DNA from: Piromyces finnis finn
Taxonomy: Eukaryota > Fungi > Neocallimastigomycota
Direction of reading: 5' to 3'
Assembly (NCBI GenBank): GCA_002104945.1
Contig: MCFH01000004.1
Location: 434,001-498,000, forward strand
DNA length: 64,000 bases
Shown piece by piece: positions 18,459 to 32,534 of the stretch. A program made the translations under genes and the position numbers. The notes beneath the pieces were generated by a model. It did not search any database. It was not told the DNA's origin and saw only the letters and a program-made list of their open reading frames with translations. The first letter of the stretch is position 1, and every line of letters starts with the position of its first letter.

Positions 18459-18849
18459 TTAACAACTTTTATCTTATATTTATTTAAAGCATTAATAATT
18501 GATATAAACTTATTCCTTAGGAAATACTTTTATTGCTATTCTTAATAATAGAATAAGTGTATATTAATCATTTCTCAAAATATATTTATACTATTTTTTA
18601 AATAATATTAAAATTAAATATATTTATATACTAAATCTATATTTATAACTGTCTTCATCTTTAATATTTATTTAGATTTATAATAAAAATAATTTATACG
18701 TTAAACAAGCATAATGTTGAAAGATGTAACTTTAATATAAAATTATTAATAATAATAATAATAATGTTGTTGTTGTTGTTGTTGTTAATCCATTATAATG
18801 CTTAATTGATTATCTAATACCTAATATGAATATTGTTATAATTATTATT

Positions 18850-19075
<226 letters not shown>

Positions 19076-19286
19076 TATTTACTTACTTAATTGAAATACT
19101 ATAAATAATATTTATTTAAATCATTAATAATAAAGTTTACATTAATATTATTAAAAATTAAGCTTTTTAAAATTAAAACATTTTGAAAAATAATTTTGAA
19201 AAACAAAAGAAAAAACATTAAATACTTTTATAAAATAAAGAATATATATATATATAAATATTAAACATTAGCTATAACTATTTAAA

Positions 19287-20986
19287 ATGGACTATTACAA
19301 AATATTAAAATTAGATAAATCATGTACAGATGATACAATTAAAAGTGCCTATAGAAAAGTAATAAAAATAACTTAAATTAGTAATATTTATTAGAGATGA
19401 AATAATTCAGTTAAACACTTATTAATATATTATTTTTTATAGTTGGCATTAAAATATCATCCTGACAAAAATCAAACTCTTGAAGCCCAAGAAAATTTTA
19501 CCCTTATCGCTGAAGCTTATGACGTTTTGAGCGATCGTAAATATTTCAAAAAAATATTATTCTATACATAATAATTAATTTAGAAACTACTAACTTTACT
19601 AAACACCATTGATATTGTTAAATTATAAAGCACAAAAAAGAGCAGTTTATGATAATTATGGATATGATGGATTAAAACGTGGTGTTCCGGGAAGAGATGG
19701 TTATGAAGGTTATCATGGAGGATATTGTTTCCATAAGGATGCTAATAAGATTTTTTATGACTTCTTTGGTGGTGATAATCCATTTTCAGGTAATTATATA
19801 AAATTTAATTTGTATAAAATATTTATAAAAAAAATAGTTAATTAACATATACAATAATGATTTTGATATTTATTCAAATCATAAATTTATAGACTTTTTC
19901 ATTCCTGATAAAGGTGACAAATGGAATACAGAAAATATAGATGAAAATGAAAAAGATATTAATGAAAATGGTATTGAAAAAGTAATGTTTGGTAGAAAAT
20001 TTGGCGGTTTACATGGAATGAAAAAGACAATGAACGGAATTATGAAAATTAAAAAAAATCCACCATTAGAAAAAGAATTAGAAATTACTTTGGAGCAATT
20101 ATATAATGGTGCTATTAAATGTGTTAAAATTGAAAGAAAGGTACATTTATCAATTAAAAAATATTGTTATTATTATTACTAGTAGTAGTTAAATTAATAT
20201 TTTTATTTGTTGTTTATTACTAGATTTTAAATGAAGATGGTATGACTACATCTCTTGAAACAAAGAAATTAACTATTAATATTAAAAAAGGTTATAAAGA
20301 AGGAACAAAAATTATATTCCCAAATTTAGGTGATCAAAGCCCAGATACCTTCCCAGGTAACTTAATTTTAAAAAAAAAAAAAAGATATAAATCTCACTAA
20401 AAAAAATACCTTATATATTAATGAGTATATAATATACTTAATTAAAAAAAATTAAATTAAAATATGTGATATAGCGGATATAGTTTTTATTCTTAAAGAA
20501 AAACCACATGAAATATTTAAAAGAAAAGGAAATGATTTGTATTATCATGTTAATGTATCTTTACTTAAAGCATTAACAGGAACAGTAGTAGAAATTAAAA
20601 CTTTAGATAACCGTTTATTAAGAGTTCCAGTAAATGAAATAATATGGTAAGTTAAATCATAAATTTGCTTTATTTTCTTTAATATATATTTTTGTTTGTA
20701 TGTTATTTTTAATTGATTTAATTTTTTTTTTTTTTTCATTCTAACTTTAACATAACTATGTTAATATTTTAACTTTATTATTATCAATAATTCAAAATTA
20801 AGCCCTAATTATAAAAAAGAAGTTCCTAATGAAGGCATGCCAATTTCTAAAACACCAAATAAAAAAGGAAGTCTCTTTATTACTTTTACACTAGAATTCC
20901 CAACTTATTTCTCTGAAAATCAAAAATCATTAATTAAACAAGCTTTTGAAAATAAACCAAATAAAACTCAAACTGCTCAAGAATAA
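19287..20986 (+). CDS. DNAJB13: DnaJ/Hsp40 class B, radial spoke protein 16 type (DNAJB13), multi-exon
   Basis: Spliced J-domain MDYYKILKL...AYRKLALKYHPDKN...AEAYDVLSD. It is followed by the DNAJB13-like linker [26 protein letters not shown] and a C-terminal domain (GDQSPDTFPADIVF, SLLKALTG, VPNEGMPI, KKGSLFITF). Stop at 20986. Confidence 0.88.
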
Positions 20987-23003
20987 CTATAATATTTAAT
21001 TTCATAATTATTTAAATATCATTTTACAAAAGAAGTTTATATTTAATATAACAAATAAAATTTATATTATTTTATTATTTATACTTTATTTTTATTTATT
21101 ACATTAATACCATTAAAATAATATAATAAGACATATGTTTTTTTGTATTTCTTTAACATAAATAAAATAAAATTATACACAGTTTATTTAATCAATCAAC
21201 TCTAAGTTATTGATCATATATTTCCTTATATATTGAAAAATAATAATAAAAAAAGTATATTATTTTATTTAATAATATATAAAGTAATGCTATTATATAT
21301 TTCATAGTAACATTATTAGTATGAAATAATAAATTTTGTAAACAATAGATTCAAAGCTAATATTTTAATTTGTAAGTATTTCTATAAACATCATTTTTTA
21401 CTATAAAACACATTAATAAAAAAAACATAATTAAATATTTAGCCTTTTAAAATCTGTTAACTATACCTTTAAATATTATAACCGTTAAAAAACAAAAATA
21501 TTATTAATGCTAGTTTATATTTATCATATTCTAATCCTTTATTTAAAATTGTTACACAAATTTATAACAAATTTATGAAGAAATAATAACAAAAATAATA
21601 ATATATATAATTACACCTGATCCTGATGGTTTTTTTAAGTAATAAAATAGTTTAATCTAATATAGTATTAATAGTTATTATTTTTTTTAAAGCTCAATAT
21701 TTTATAGTTTTGAAATAATAAAGGTATTATCTTACTAGATTATACTAGCTTGCATTTATTTCATTATATAATTTCAATAAATTACTAGTATTGTTTTTTT
21801 TTATTAATTTTTTTAGTTTTTTTTAATCAAATGATAAAAATTGACAAATTTTGATTTTATTGGATTTTATATTTAAGCTTTGCTATTATTATTAAAAGTA
21901 TTATTATTATGAATTATTTAGTTATTTATATGTATATGGTTTCTATTTCATCCATAACATAAATTCAATTATAAATAATAATAACAATAGATAATTCATA
22001 GAGTGAATATTCATTACATATACATATTCAAATTATTTCCAATTTTCAATGGTACTAGTAGGTAGGTAGAGGTATTAATAGAATTATTTTTTTTAAAGGC
22101 ATATTAAAAATTAAAGTTTCTTATTATTTGATGAATATTAAGTATAATATATTGAAATATATTGTAATATATTAATAAAATAAAACAATAATTAATAAAG
22201 TTGGAGAATAATAATAAAATGTTTAACCCATTTCATTATTTATATCATATATAAAAATAAAAGATATGTTTTTATTTTGTTTATAAAATCTTTAAAAATC
22301 ATAAATAATTATAAAAAAGTAAATATTATTATAAAATAATACTAATTATTATTATTGTTTTTGTTTATTTATTTGTTTGTTTGTTTGCTGATGTTGTTAT
22401 TATTATGAAAAGAATGAGATAAACATTTATGGTTATTGATATATTTCAGGAATTAAGAATTAAAATATTATATTACAATGTTACAATTCCAAAAATTGAA
22501 AAATTTAAATGGCATAATTGCTGTTAAAAAATATTATATTTTAAATATTAATCATTGAATAGCAACAGAACATATACCTTTATTGAAAAATTAAAAATTG
22601 ATATATTTTAATGAAAATTAAATAATAAATGTATAACAAATATACTCTAAAATGATAAATTTTGTAATTCAACGATATAAATCTTTCAGATTAAATTAAA
22701 TATGCATATTTCATACAACATAAATTTCCATTTAAAGGAATAAGCATATTAGATAAAATAAAATAGAAATTCTATTTATTCATTCTTTTTTCTTTTTTGA
22801 TAAAAGAAAAAAAAAATGAATGAATTTCATTATTAATGATAAAATTTCCATTAATTAATATATATACTTCTCCACTTCTTCTTTTTTATTTATCTATAAT
22901 ATATATACAATTTAAAAGTACATTATTTTCTTGTTTAATATTTAAATATTAAATATACTCATTTTTAATATATTTATATGATTATATAAATAATAGATTT
23001 AAA

Positions 23004-23855
23004 ATGAAATTTTCCAAAGTTTTATTAACTTTAGCAACCATTGCTACTCTTTCTTTCGCCGAAGAAGTAGAATCAGAGAAAAAAGCTCCAACTGAAGAAA
23101 CTACTGAAGAAAAAATCATGAAAGAATTTCCAAAACCAAAGTTTAATACTGTTAGAACTAAAGAACAATGTGAACAAGGTTTTGAATTATTAAAAAGTGT
23201 TTATGCTGATATTGAAAAAGATCCAAAATGTACTTTTAATGAAAAATATGCTGAAGAACATAATTACAATCATGACTATACCATGGATATCTCTAATCGT
23301 GATTATTTCTGTAATCAATGTTTAACTAAATATTTAAAGCTTGGTAACCCAATGGCTGCTGCCTGTGGTGAAAATTCTCCAAGAGAAATGATTTTTGATT
23401 TATATTTCTTATCATCTGTTAATGCTATTGTTTGTGCTAAGGATAAATTACATGATAGATATTGTGAAGTTGTTATGGATGAATTATTTGAAAAAGAAAA
23501 AGATAAATCAGTTCTTAATTGGTCTGAAGATTCCCTTTGTGGTGAATGTCCATATTATTATCATGACATCTTTAAGGAAAGACCAGACTTTTACAAATCT
23601 GTTTCTAAGGATAGTACAGAAGACTCATTCATTGGTAGAATCTTACCATTACGTGATATTAACATTGATTGTTACAAAGAATTTGATGAAAAGAAAGCCG
23701 AAGCATTAAAAGAAGCTAAGAAAAATAAGAAAGCAAAGAATGTTAAAAATGTTAAAGTTAGTGAAGAACTTGAAGAAAATAATGATAAGAAAGAAGATGA
23801 TTCTAAAGATCCCGAAGAAAAATCAAAAAAACCTTCCGAAGCTGGTGAATTATAA
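23004..23855 (+). CDS. Secreted or ER-lumenal 10-Cys protein of unknown function, paralog 1 (C-terminus SEAGEL)
   Basis: Intronless 283-aa ORF with signal peptide MKFSKVLLTLATIATLSFA. Its ten Cys have the same spacing as in 25319..26149, and it has a Lys/Glu-rich tail. Confidence 0.88.
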   Translation: MKFSKVLLTLATIATLSFAEEVESEKKAPTEETTEEKIMKEFPKPKFNTVRTKEQCEQGFELLKSVYADIEKDPKCTFNEKYAEEHNYNHDYTMDISNRDYFCNQCLTKYLKLGNPMAAACGENSPREMIFDLYFLSSVNAIVCAKDKLHDRYCEVVMDELFEKEKDKSVLNWSEDSLCGECPYYYHDIFKERPDFYKSVSKDSTEDSFIGRILPLRDINIDCYKEFDEKKAEALKEAKKNKKAKNVKNVKVSEELEENNDKKEDDSKDPEEKSKKPSEAGEL

Positions 23856-25318
23856 GCAATTATTAAAACAATACTATAAAAATTAAATTAATAATAAACG
23901 ATAAATAACCAAAACAAAATAAAACAAAACAAAAAAATTAATCTATATAAAATATGAAAAAAAAAACAATAAATGATTTATTATCAATATTTTAATATTT
24001 TATGTATAAAGAATTTAATAACTTGAAACAAAAAATAGAATTAACACCCCTAATGTTTTTGTAAGTTGAAAAAACAACAATAATAAATTCTGCAGTAATT
24101 AAAAAATAAGAAGCAAATATATATTAAATATATAATAGAATAACACATAAACTTTATAAAAATAAAAATATATATATAAAAATAAAATAAAAAAAAAAAA
24201 GATTTACTATGTAATAAAATTAAAATAAAATACCTAAAAATATAATATATTTAAGCATATATGAAACTTCATTTTGTTTTTTTGTTTTTTTTTTTTTTTT
24301 TTTTTTTTTGTGAAAATTTTTATATTCAACTTAAACCACCTGTTTTTGCCAGAATTATGAAAAAGTCTAGCTAAAAGTTGTGCTAGAAAGTTTTCTAAAT
24401 CAAAAAATTGAATTTAAATTAATTTATCCAAATTTTATATGTTTTTGAGTAATTGTATACATCCAGTATAATTTGTAAACAAAATATTAATAAATATAAT
24501 TAAGTGTTTTGCTAGACTTTAAAAAAAAAAAACAAAATAAAATAAAAAAAAAAAAAATTAAGAATAATTAAAAGAGGTAATTTTTATAATAAAAATATGC
24601 TATCATATTTTAAATTTTTATTTATAATGAGATTAGTAATAAAGGAAAATTGATATTTTTCTACATTTATTATTATTGATTTAATAATAAATTGTTAAAA
24701 TTGTTGTTGTTAATAACAATAATAATAAAAAAAAAACAATACAAAAAAAAAACAGTAGCCATACCAGTATTAATAATAATAACAATAAAAAACAACAACA
24801 TAACAATAATGATACTATTTATATACCATTTATCGAAAATATTGTTATTTAATAGAGCATTACTACTTTTTATTGATAATTAATTTCATTGCTAATAGCA
24901 ACCATTTTTATTTTTAGTATATAAGATTTTATTATTTCCATATTAATTATTTTTCAATAATGTCTATATTTTATTTATTTTATCTTAGTTAATAATAATA
25001 AAAGCGATAATAATAGTAATAATAATATAAGAACAGTAATAGATTTTTGAAATATTTAATTATAAATGTAACAGGTGAAAAAAATGAAAATTTATAACAT
25101 ATAGTATTTGAAAACATACAAATTAAAATAAAATTTCATTTATTTTTCATTATATATATAATATTCAATCATTAAATTGTATTCATTTTAGTGTTTCGGA
25201 ATTTATGTTCATATGTAAAATAACAAAAATTAACTATAAAAAATGTTAAAAATTAATTTAAAATGAAATGTCTATAATATTATAAAATATATGTAGGTAC
25301 ATTTTTAAAATCAGCAAT

Positions 25319-26149
25319 ATGAAATTATCAAAATTATTATTAGTAGCAGCTTTCTTAGGTGTTGCTGGTGTTTTTGCTGAAGAAACAACAGAAGTAGAAG
25401 AAATGACAGAATTAGCAGACAAAGATGGAGAACCAGAATTATTTGATGAAGAAGCTTCATTTGATGAAGACTCCATGTCCGGTTCAAAAATTTGTGACAA
25501 AGCTATTGAAAAAATGACCGAATATCATGAAGAAATTGATAAAGATCCAAAGTGTTCTTTTAACGAAGAATATGCCAAAGAAAATAATTTAAGTGGTATT
25601 TATACCACAGAAATTGAAAATAGACAATACTATTGTACTAAATGTATTAATAAATTCAATGCTGCTGGTTTAGCAATGTATAAAATTTGTGGAGATCATA
25701 CTCCAGAAGAGTATCTTTATCGTGTCCAATTCATGTATTTCGTTGAACAATTACTTTGTTTAAGAGCTGCTGAAACTATGGCTAAAGCAAAAGCTAAAGA
25801 AATTATTTTCTGTCAAACTGAACTTGAAAGATTAACAAAGGAAGAAGGTAATAAACCAATTGATCAATGGAGTGAAAAGAGTATTTGTTCTGAATGTGTT
25901 GCTAAAACTCACTATATTGTTAAAAAGCACGAACACTTTTATAATGCAATTAAGAAAACTGAACAAAAGACTCCATTCCATGATATGCTTCGTTTCTTTG
26001 AAATAGAAAAAGAATGTTTCAAGCCATGGGAACCAGAAACTTATAAAAAAAGAAGAGATGAAGTTATGAAAAAATTAAAAGACGAAGTAGAAAAAATAAA
26101 GAAAGAAAATAAAAAAGAAGGAAAGAAAAATGAAAAGGATGAATTATAA
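25319..26149 (+). CDS. ER-lumenal 10-Cys protein of unknown function, paralog 2 (C-terminus KDEL)
   Basis: Intronless 276-aa ORF with signal peptide MKLSKLLLVAAFLGVAGVFA. It shares IDKDPKCxFNExYA with paralog 1 and ends NEKDEL-stop. Confidence 0.9.
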   Translation: MKLSKLLLVAAFLGVAGVFAEETTEVEEMTELADKDGEPELFDEEASFDEDSMSGSKICDKAIEKMTEYHEEIDKDPKCSFNEEYAKENNLSGIYTTEIENRQYYCTKCINKFNAAGLAMYKICGDHTPEEYLYRVQFMYFVEQLLCLRAAETMAKAKAKEIIFCQTELERLTKEEGNKPIDQWSEKSICSECVAKTHYIVKKHEHFYNAIKKTEQKTPFHDMLRFFEIEKECFKPWEPETYKKRRDEVMKKLKDEVEKIKKENKKEGKKNEKDEL

Positions 26150-26791
26150 GTAATGAACGAAATATAATATTTATCTATATAATAGGAAATGATTATATAG
26201 CTCTTTCAAAGAAAAAAATAAAAGAAGTTATAAATAACAAAAAAAATGATAATTTAAATATTTAAACGTAATTATAATTGTAACATAAAAATAATATAAA
26301 CAAAGAAAAAAATAAAATAAAATAAAAATAAAACAAAACGCTTGCCTTAATACAAATAATAAAGATTATATTCATAAATAAAAATAATAATGACAATAAT
26401 AATATCTTTATTTTTTAAAGACATAGTTAATATATTCAACCTTTTTATAAAAAAAAAAAATAGAATTATGATTTCTGTATTATTATTTAATATATAATAA
26501 AAGATTTATAGAAATATTTAAAATAATATTATTTCATTTTCATATGAAATCATTATTGTATGCATTACAAGAATATATGAATATTAAAATATAGCAAATG
26601 AATATTATTCAAAGATGCTTTAACTTATTTAAAATTTAAATGAAGGTTTTTTCTTTTCTTGTATTACAAAGAATTTCTTTTAATTTTATATTATTTTTTT
26701 TAAAAAAAAATTATGAATCTCCGACTAATAAAATTAATTATTAAAAATTAAATATATATTAAAAATAAATGATATTTAATAATGTACTATG

Positions 26792-26836
<45 letters not shown>

Positions 26837-26939
26837 GTACATATTAATATCAAGAAAGGATAGAGATTTTTTAATATAAATTACATAATTACATATTACA
26901 AAAAACAAAAGGAAATAAAAAAAGTATATATAATTAAAT

Positions 26940-28735
26940 ATGAATGGTACAAATTCAGAAAATTCAAAACGTTATGCATGGTTGGAAGATATATTTAGTG
27001 GAACAATTAATTATTTAAGTAAATATTTTATAAAGTTTTGATACATATCATACTTTAATCATTAATTTTTTTTTTCATTTAACATATAAACAGAATCATG
27101 TCCAGGTATATGTGAGGTAAAAGTTGGAAGTCGAATGAGTATCTCTGAAAGTCAAATAAAATCTTGGGAAAATGTATATTCAATATCAATATATTATAAT
27201 ATGTTATTATAAATAATACAAAAATGAATTTTTTTTTATGATTTTCTTATTCTTTTTCTATACAATTAAAATATTCGATATTTTAATCATAAAGGCAAAT
27301 TCACCATTTCTTTTGCCAAAAGACTTAAAAGCATTTTATTGTTTTTCAGATGGTTTATTAATTAATTGGAATATTCAATTTAAAGGTTCATTTCGATATA
27401 TATTAATAATATTTATGGATTTTTTTGTATGTTATCAATATTTAAATATTAATAAATTAATAAATTAATAATATTTTATTAAAGATGAGGTGATACCCAT
27501 AGGACAAATGCAAGTGAATTCATTAGAAAAATTATCGAAAATACACATATCTATGAATGAAAAATTAATGAATCATTTTAATAGTTATTTCTTTATGAAT
27601 GATAAGAGTTATAATAATAATAATAATGCATTCTATAATGAGACTTCTTCATGTATAATATCTCAAGATAATTTTTATGACACCATCATAAATATACATG
27701 ATAACTACATAACAAATGGAAATATTATGAGTGGTTATTTACTGTATGATTGTAAAAATTATGGAAAAGTTATTTTGCTCTATCATTCTAAATGTAATAT
27801 AATAGATAACATTATTCAAAACTATTTTATTATGATAATACAATTTATTAATTAATTACCTTGTTTATTTTTTTTATAAAAAAAAGTGAAAGCGGACCCT
27901 CAGATATGGTTCATTGATTCAAATAATGAATGGAATTTTGTAAGTTTAAATTTTATATCATATTTTAGATTAATGGTAAAAAATTATGGAATCTATGGAT
28001 GGCAATTAGCGTATGTTTTAATAATACTATTTCAAATTAATAAATGAGTATCGTATAAATTAATAATAATAATTTATTTATGATTAATTAATAACAGTTA
28101 TACTAAAAAAGGATTATATCAAAGTACACAGGTAAAATAATAAAAAAAAAAAAAGTATCATATATTTTTTTATTATATGATAAAAAAAATTAAATATTAC
28201 TAAACTATCAATTATTAGGATTGGTTGAGTTTCTATGCACCTGACAGAATATTATTTTATAATCAACATAGAGATCGTTTAAAAGAAAATTATAGTAACT
28301 ATTGAATAATTGTAAATTCTATATATAACACAAAAAAGTTGCTAATAAATATTACTTTTATTATTTTACAAATTTGATAAGAAATCGAGAATTATGATTT
28401 AAATTATATTAAAAATAAAATGGAGAAAGAAAATAATGAAAAAATAAATGCAGGGGATAATGCTTTTAACCCCCATGAAAATAACAATGAGCATGAATTA
28501 TTTTTATTAAAATATTTTGGAAGTGAAAAAAATTATAACCAAATGCTAAATTATAAAACTATTAAAAAAGCTCAATTAAAGTAACTATAATTATTATTTT
28601 ATTATTTTATAAATATAATTAAAAAATAATTATTATAAATATATTTATAAATAATATTAATATTGTATTACTATTTATAATTTTTTATTATATTTAATAA
28701 GTGCTTTAAAGAAATCAAAACTGAAAAAAAAATAA
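26940..28735 (+). CDS. TPGS2: Tubulin polyglutamylase complex subunit 2, multi-exon
   Basis: Spliced peptides match TPGS2 landmarks: ESCPGICEV, IKSWEN, LLPKDLKAFYCFSDGLLINW, VIPIGQMQVNSLEKL, YGKVILLY, PQIWFIDSNNEWNF, SYFRLMVKNYGIYGWQLAY. The last exon is uncertain (stop at ~28585 if unspliced, 28735 if spliced). Confidence 0.8.
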
Positions 28736-29129
28736 ACTATCTAAAAAGACATTAAACATTATATAAAAAAATTACATCTATATTGAATTAATTATATAAT
28801 AAATATAATAAAATTTTATTATATTACATTTAATACTATAGTTAATTCATATAAAGCTTTTTATTATAACCAGAATCAATAGATATCGAATAACAATAGA
28901 GTTAAAATTATTCTTAACAATAATAAGATACTTAAAAATAAAATAAAATTTTATTTTATTTACTAATTACTTTTATATTTTTATTTATTTATTTTTTTTT
29001 TTTTTTTTTTGTAATAAAAAGGGTTTATTAATATTTTAATTAACTATTACTAATAATAAGTTATTATAGTAAGATAACTAATAAAGTCTTGAATTCGAAC
29101 AAAATGTAGCACCCCATTTCATAATATAT

Positions 29130-29176
<47 letters not shown>

Positions 29177-29177
<1 letters not shown>

Positions 29178-32100
29178 GATTTAAAGTCTTATTGTTCGAT
29201 TTCTGTTTTGTGTTTATTTAAGGGTTACAATGTTTTAAAATTTAAAATTTACATTTCTAACCCTTTTAAAATTTATTATTATTAAAAGTTGACTTTTTAA
29301 AATTGCTTTAAAATATTTATTTAAATTAGTAGCATTGACTTTAAAAATTATTTCGAATAACTAATTGAGCTATTATTATTAGATTTTGTATAAAAGGCAT
29401 TCATTTTTATAAGAAATTTATTTTAAATCTGATTAATACTTTCACAGTGATATATATATATTAAATAATACTATATTAAAAAATTAAAATGATAAATAAT
29501 TAAATTTATAAATTATAATAAATTATATATAATAATAATAATGATGATGATAATGATGATGATGATAATTAAAATAAGAATATTTATATTTATATTTTCT
29601 TTTAAATTTAAACTATTTACATTAAAATAAAATAATAAAATTAATAACTATTTACAATAAAAGTAATAAAAGTAATTAGAAATAACAATAAAAGAAATAA
29701 TTAAAAGTTAAAGAATATAAAAAGTTATTTATTTTACAATTAATTAAAGTAATAATTATTTTTAATATTTTAATAAAAGTGTTTAATTATATTATTTTAT
29801 AACATGAATTATTATATTTGTTTACTTTTAAAGTGTAATTTACTAAAGAAATTACTGAATATTAAAATTAACAATTAATTTAACAAAAGTTATATATTTT
29901 GATCTCGATGAATTAAAGTTTATTATTTTCTTTCAATAATCAAAATATATGCAGTGTTAAGGATTAATTTTATTTTAAAATTTTGGTAAAGATAATTAAT
30001 TGAACTATAACTTATTTTAAGTTACTTTTAGGGTTAACTTAAAAAATCAGGCTTAATAATAATTTAATATTTATTAATTTCATTATCCACAAAAATGGTA
30101 CAGAATTTTATTATAAGTACCTTTTTATTTATTATTTGGGACACTACAACAATTATAAAAAACAAATTTATATTCTAGATGAATAATTATACTATTTTAT
30201 TTATTATTTTTATTTATAATTTTATTATTTATTATCTTATTACAATTTTTTATTATTATGAATTTTATTTATTATGAAATATATGCTATTATCTATTCTT
30301 AAAAATAGGTATAATCTAAGAAAATAAACTAATATTATTGTTAATTCCTTCACTAAATCTAACAACAATATTATTTACTTTTCTATTATTATCACCTTTA
30401 GTTACTTTATTTATAATAAAACTAATATTAATTAATAATAACTATATAATTAACTAAAAACTAACTAACTAACTATTAATAAAAACGCGTCTTTCTCCTT
30501 TCTTTAAAATAAATTATATTTTTCGTCATATTAAATTATAAAAAGTTTATTATACTTTATTGAATTATTTATAAGTTATTAATTTAATTTAATTTACCAT
30601 TCTTATTACTATATCAATTTATTAATTAAAAATATTTATATATATATATTTTATAAGGGTTATTTCATTTGTCAAATATATGGATTTATTACATTTTTCT
30701 GGATGTATTGTACCAAAAATGATACGTTATAAAATAAAATATCATAATATTATTATTTATTTTGAGGTTGTGGTAATAAGGAATATTGCTGAAATAATAT
30801 ATTCCAGTTATTAATAATTATGTGATATAGTTATTATGTATTTATTTACTTATTTATTATTATTTATTGTTATTATTATTATTATTATTATTATAAACAA
30901 AATAAGCCTTTTATTATTATTAAATATTTATCTTTATTAAAATATATTATAATTAGTATTTTTACATTTATTTATTATTAATAATACATATTTAAAATAA
31001 CTATATTTCCTATATAAATATACTACTTATTCACTATTAATATTACTAAACTACTACTAAATTTCTCATTTTATTATATCTTATTATCTTTGGAACTTAA
31101 TTACAAAATCAAGAACATCATTTTAATTATTTAATTATTAATTATATTTATATTAGTACATATTAAATATTTTTTTTTTAATTAATTTCATATTAATTAA
31201 TTTCATTATTAATTAAAGTTATTATTAATTTATTATTATCTTAACCCTTATATGAATTAACTGTTAAGTTTTTGGGTTTGGTTATGCGGCCAGGTCAGAA
31301 TGTTATTAATTATATAGTAAAAATGTTTTTTAAGAAATTAAATTTAATTATAAAATAACACCTTAAACTCCCAAATGAAAAATGAAAAATTTATATTTAC
31401 TTTAAAATAACTTTTTATAAATTTTTTATTTATTTAATAATAATATAAATGATATTATAAGTAACTATATAATTAAGATTATAACTATAATCTTTACAAA
31501 GAATTAAAATCGAATTCAATTCATTCTCTTTTATATTCTTCGTTCAGATTATTAAATTGATATTAATAAGAATAAAGTATTACATATAATATATTAGTAA
31601 TATAATTAAATAAGTAATAAGATTGTTTGTTTGTTTGTTTGTTTGTTTGTCATGACATAAAATAAAATAAACATATGATTAATCATTTAAACAGTTGATC
31701 CTAATTAGTAATTATAAAAACTATTCAATTAATAATTCATCATTATTAATTGATATTACCATAACATATTTGTTATAACTAAATAATTATTATTTTCAAA
31801 ATTATTTCTAATAAAACTTGCCGTTAACCTATTTTATAATAATTAAGATTATTTAATTTATAGGTATTAACTGTTACACCTAAATGGGTCTAGTTCTATT
31901 TTTAGTAACAATCGTTATCATTAATTAAATTAATATAACTAAAATTCCTATTGATATATTTTTAATTTCATCAAGTCATAAGAAATATTTATGATCCATA
32001 CTTGATATCATATTGATTTTAATTTACCTAATAAAATCTTTAAATGATCATAACTTCCTTAAATGATCAGTTAGAAGGACCGCGATTGTACCAAATTGTA

Positions 32101-32394
32101 GCTTTCTTCCTAAGCTTTCCAATAAACCTAGTTTCATCACCGTAGTACTTATAGCCGTAGCGATCGTTTTTGGCGAGTTACACCTTATTTCGTACTTGCT
32201 TATTTTTGGTTAAGGGTTATAGTATATTGATATTAAATTTTTGAAATCATAACCCTTTCACTGAATCAAAATTTAAAAGGTGACTTTTAAAAGTGTTTTA
32301 AAATAATTATTGAAATTATTTAATTATAATTATTATGTTTAATTAATTATAGATATTATCTGAATTTGTTTTAAATCCAGTTAATATCTTCACA
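29177..32394 (-). mobile_element. Decayed LTR-retrotransposon-like element: diverged direct repeats around a gag-like remnant
   Basis: Segments ~29190-29446 and ~32175-32394 share AAGGGTTA..TAACCCTT, TGACTTTT-AAAA..TTTAAAATA and TTTTAAATC...TTAATA..TTCACA (TGTGAA on the minus strand). Minus-strand 31950-32170 reads FIGKLRKKATIWYNRGPSN*SFKE, like the Ty3/gypsy gag LxGxAxxWY..W..FK motif. No clear PBS, PPT or TSD. Confidence 0.5.
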
Positions 32395-32457
32395 TTAACC
32401 TGGAATTTCTACCAAAAGTAGTATTTTCTGTTCGTCACGTATCAAAAAAATAAATAA

Positions 32458-32529
32458 GGAGGGTTGGCGCAACGGTAGCGCGTCCGCCTCCAGAGCGGAA
32501 GGTTGGGTGTTCGAATCACTCACTCTCCA
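32458..32529 (+). tRNA. trnW: tRNA-Trp (CCA), intronless
   Basis: Folds by hand: acceptor stem GGAGGGT/ACTCTCC, D arm GCGC/GCGC, anticodon stem TCCGC/GCGGA with loop CTCCAGA, T arm GGGTG-TTCGAAT-CACTC. Confidence 0.97.
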
Positions 32530-32534
32530 TTTTA
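32530..32534 (+). terminator. RNA polymerase III oligo-dT terminator
   Basis: TTTTT directly after the tRNA discriminator base. Confidence 0.75.

Noticed and set aside
29177-32394. Possible mitochondrial-DNA insertion or telomere-like TTAGGG sequence
   Set aside because: No mitochondrial gene, rRNA or tRNA motifs are recognisable, and gut fungi lack mtDNA. The AGGGTT motifs are isolated rather than tandem.
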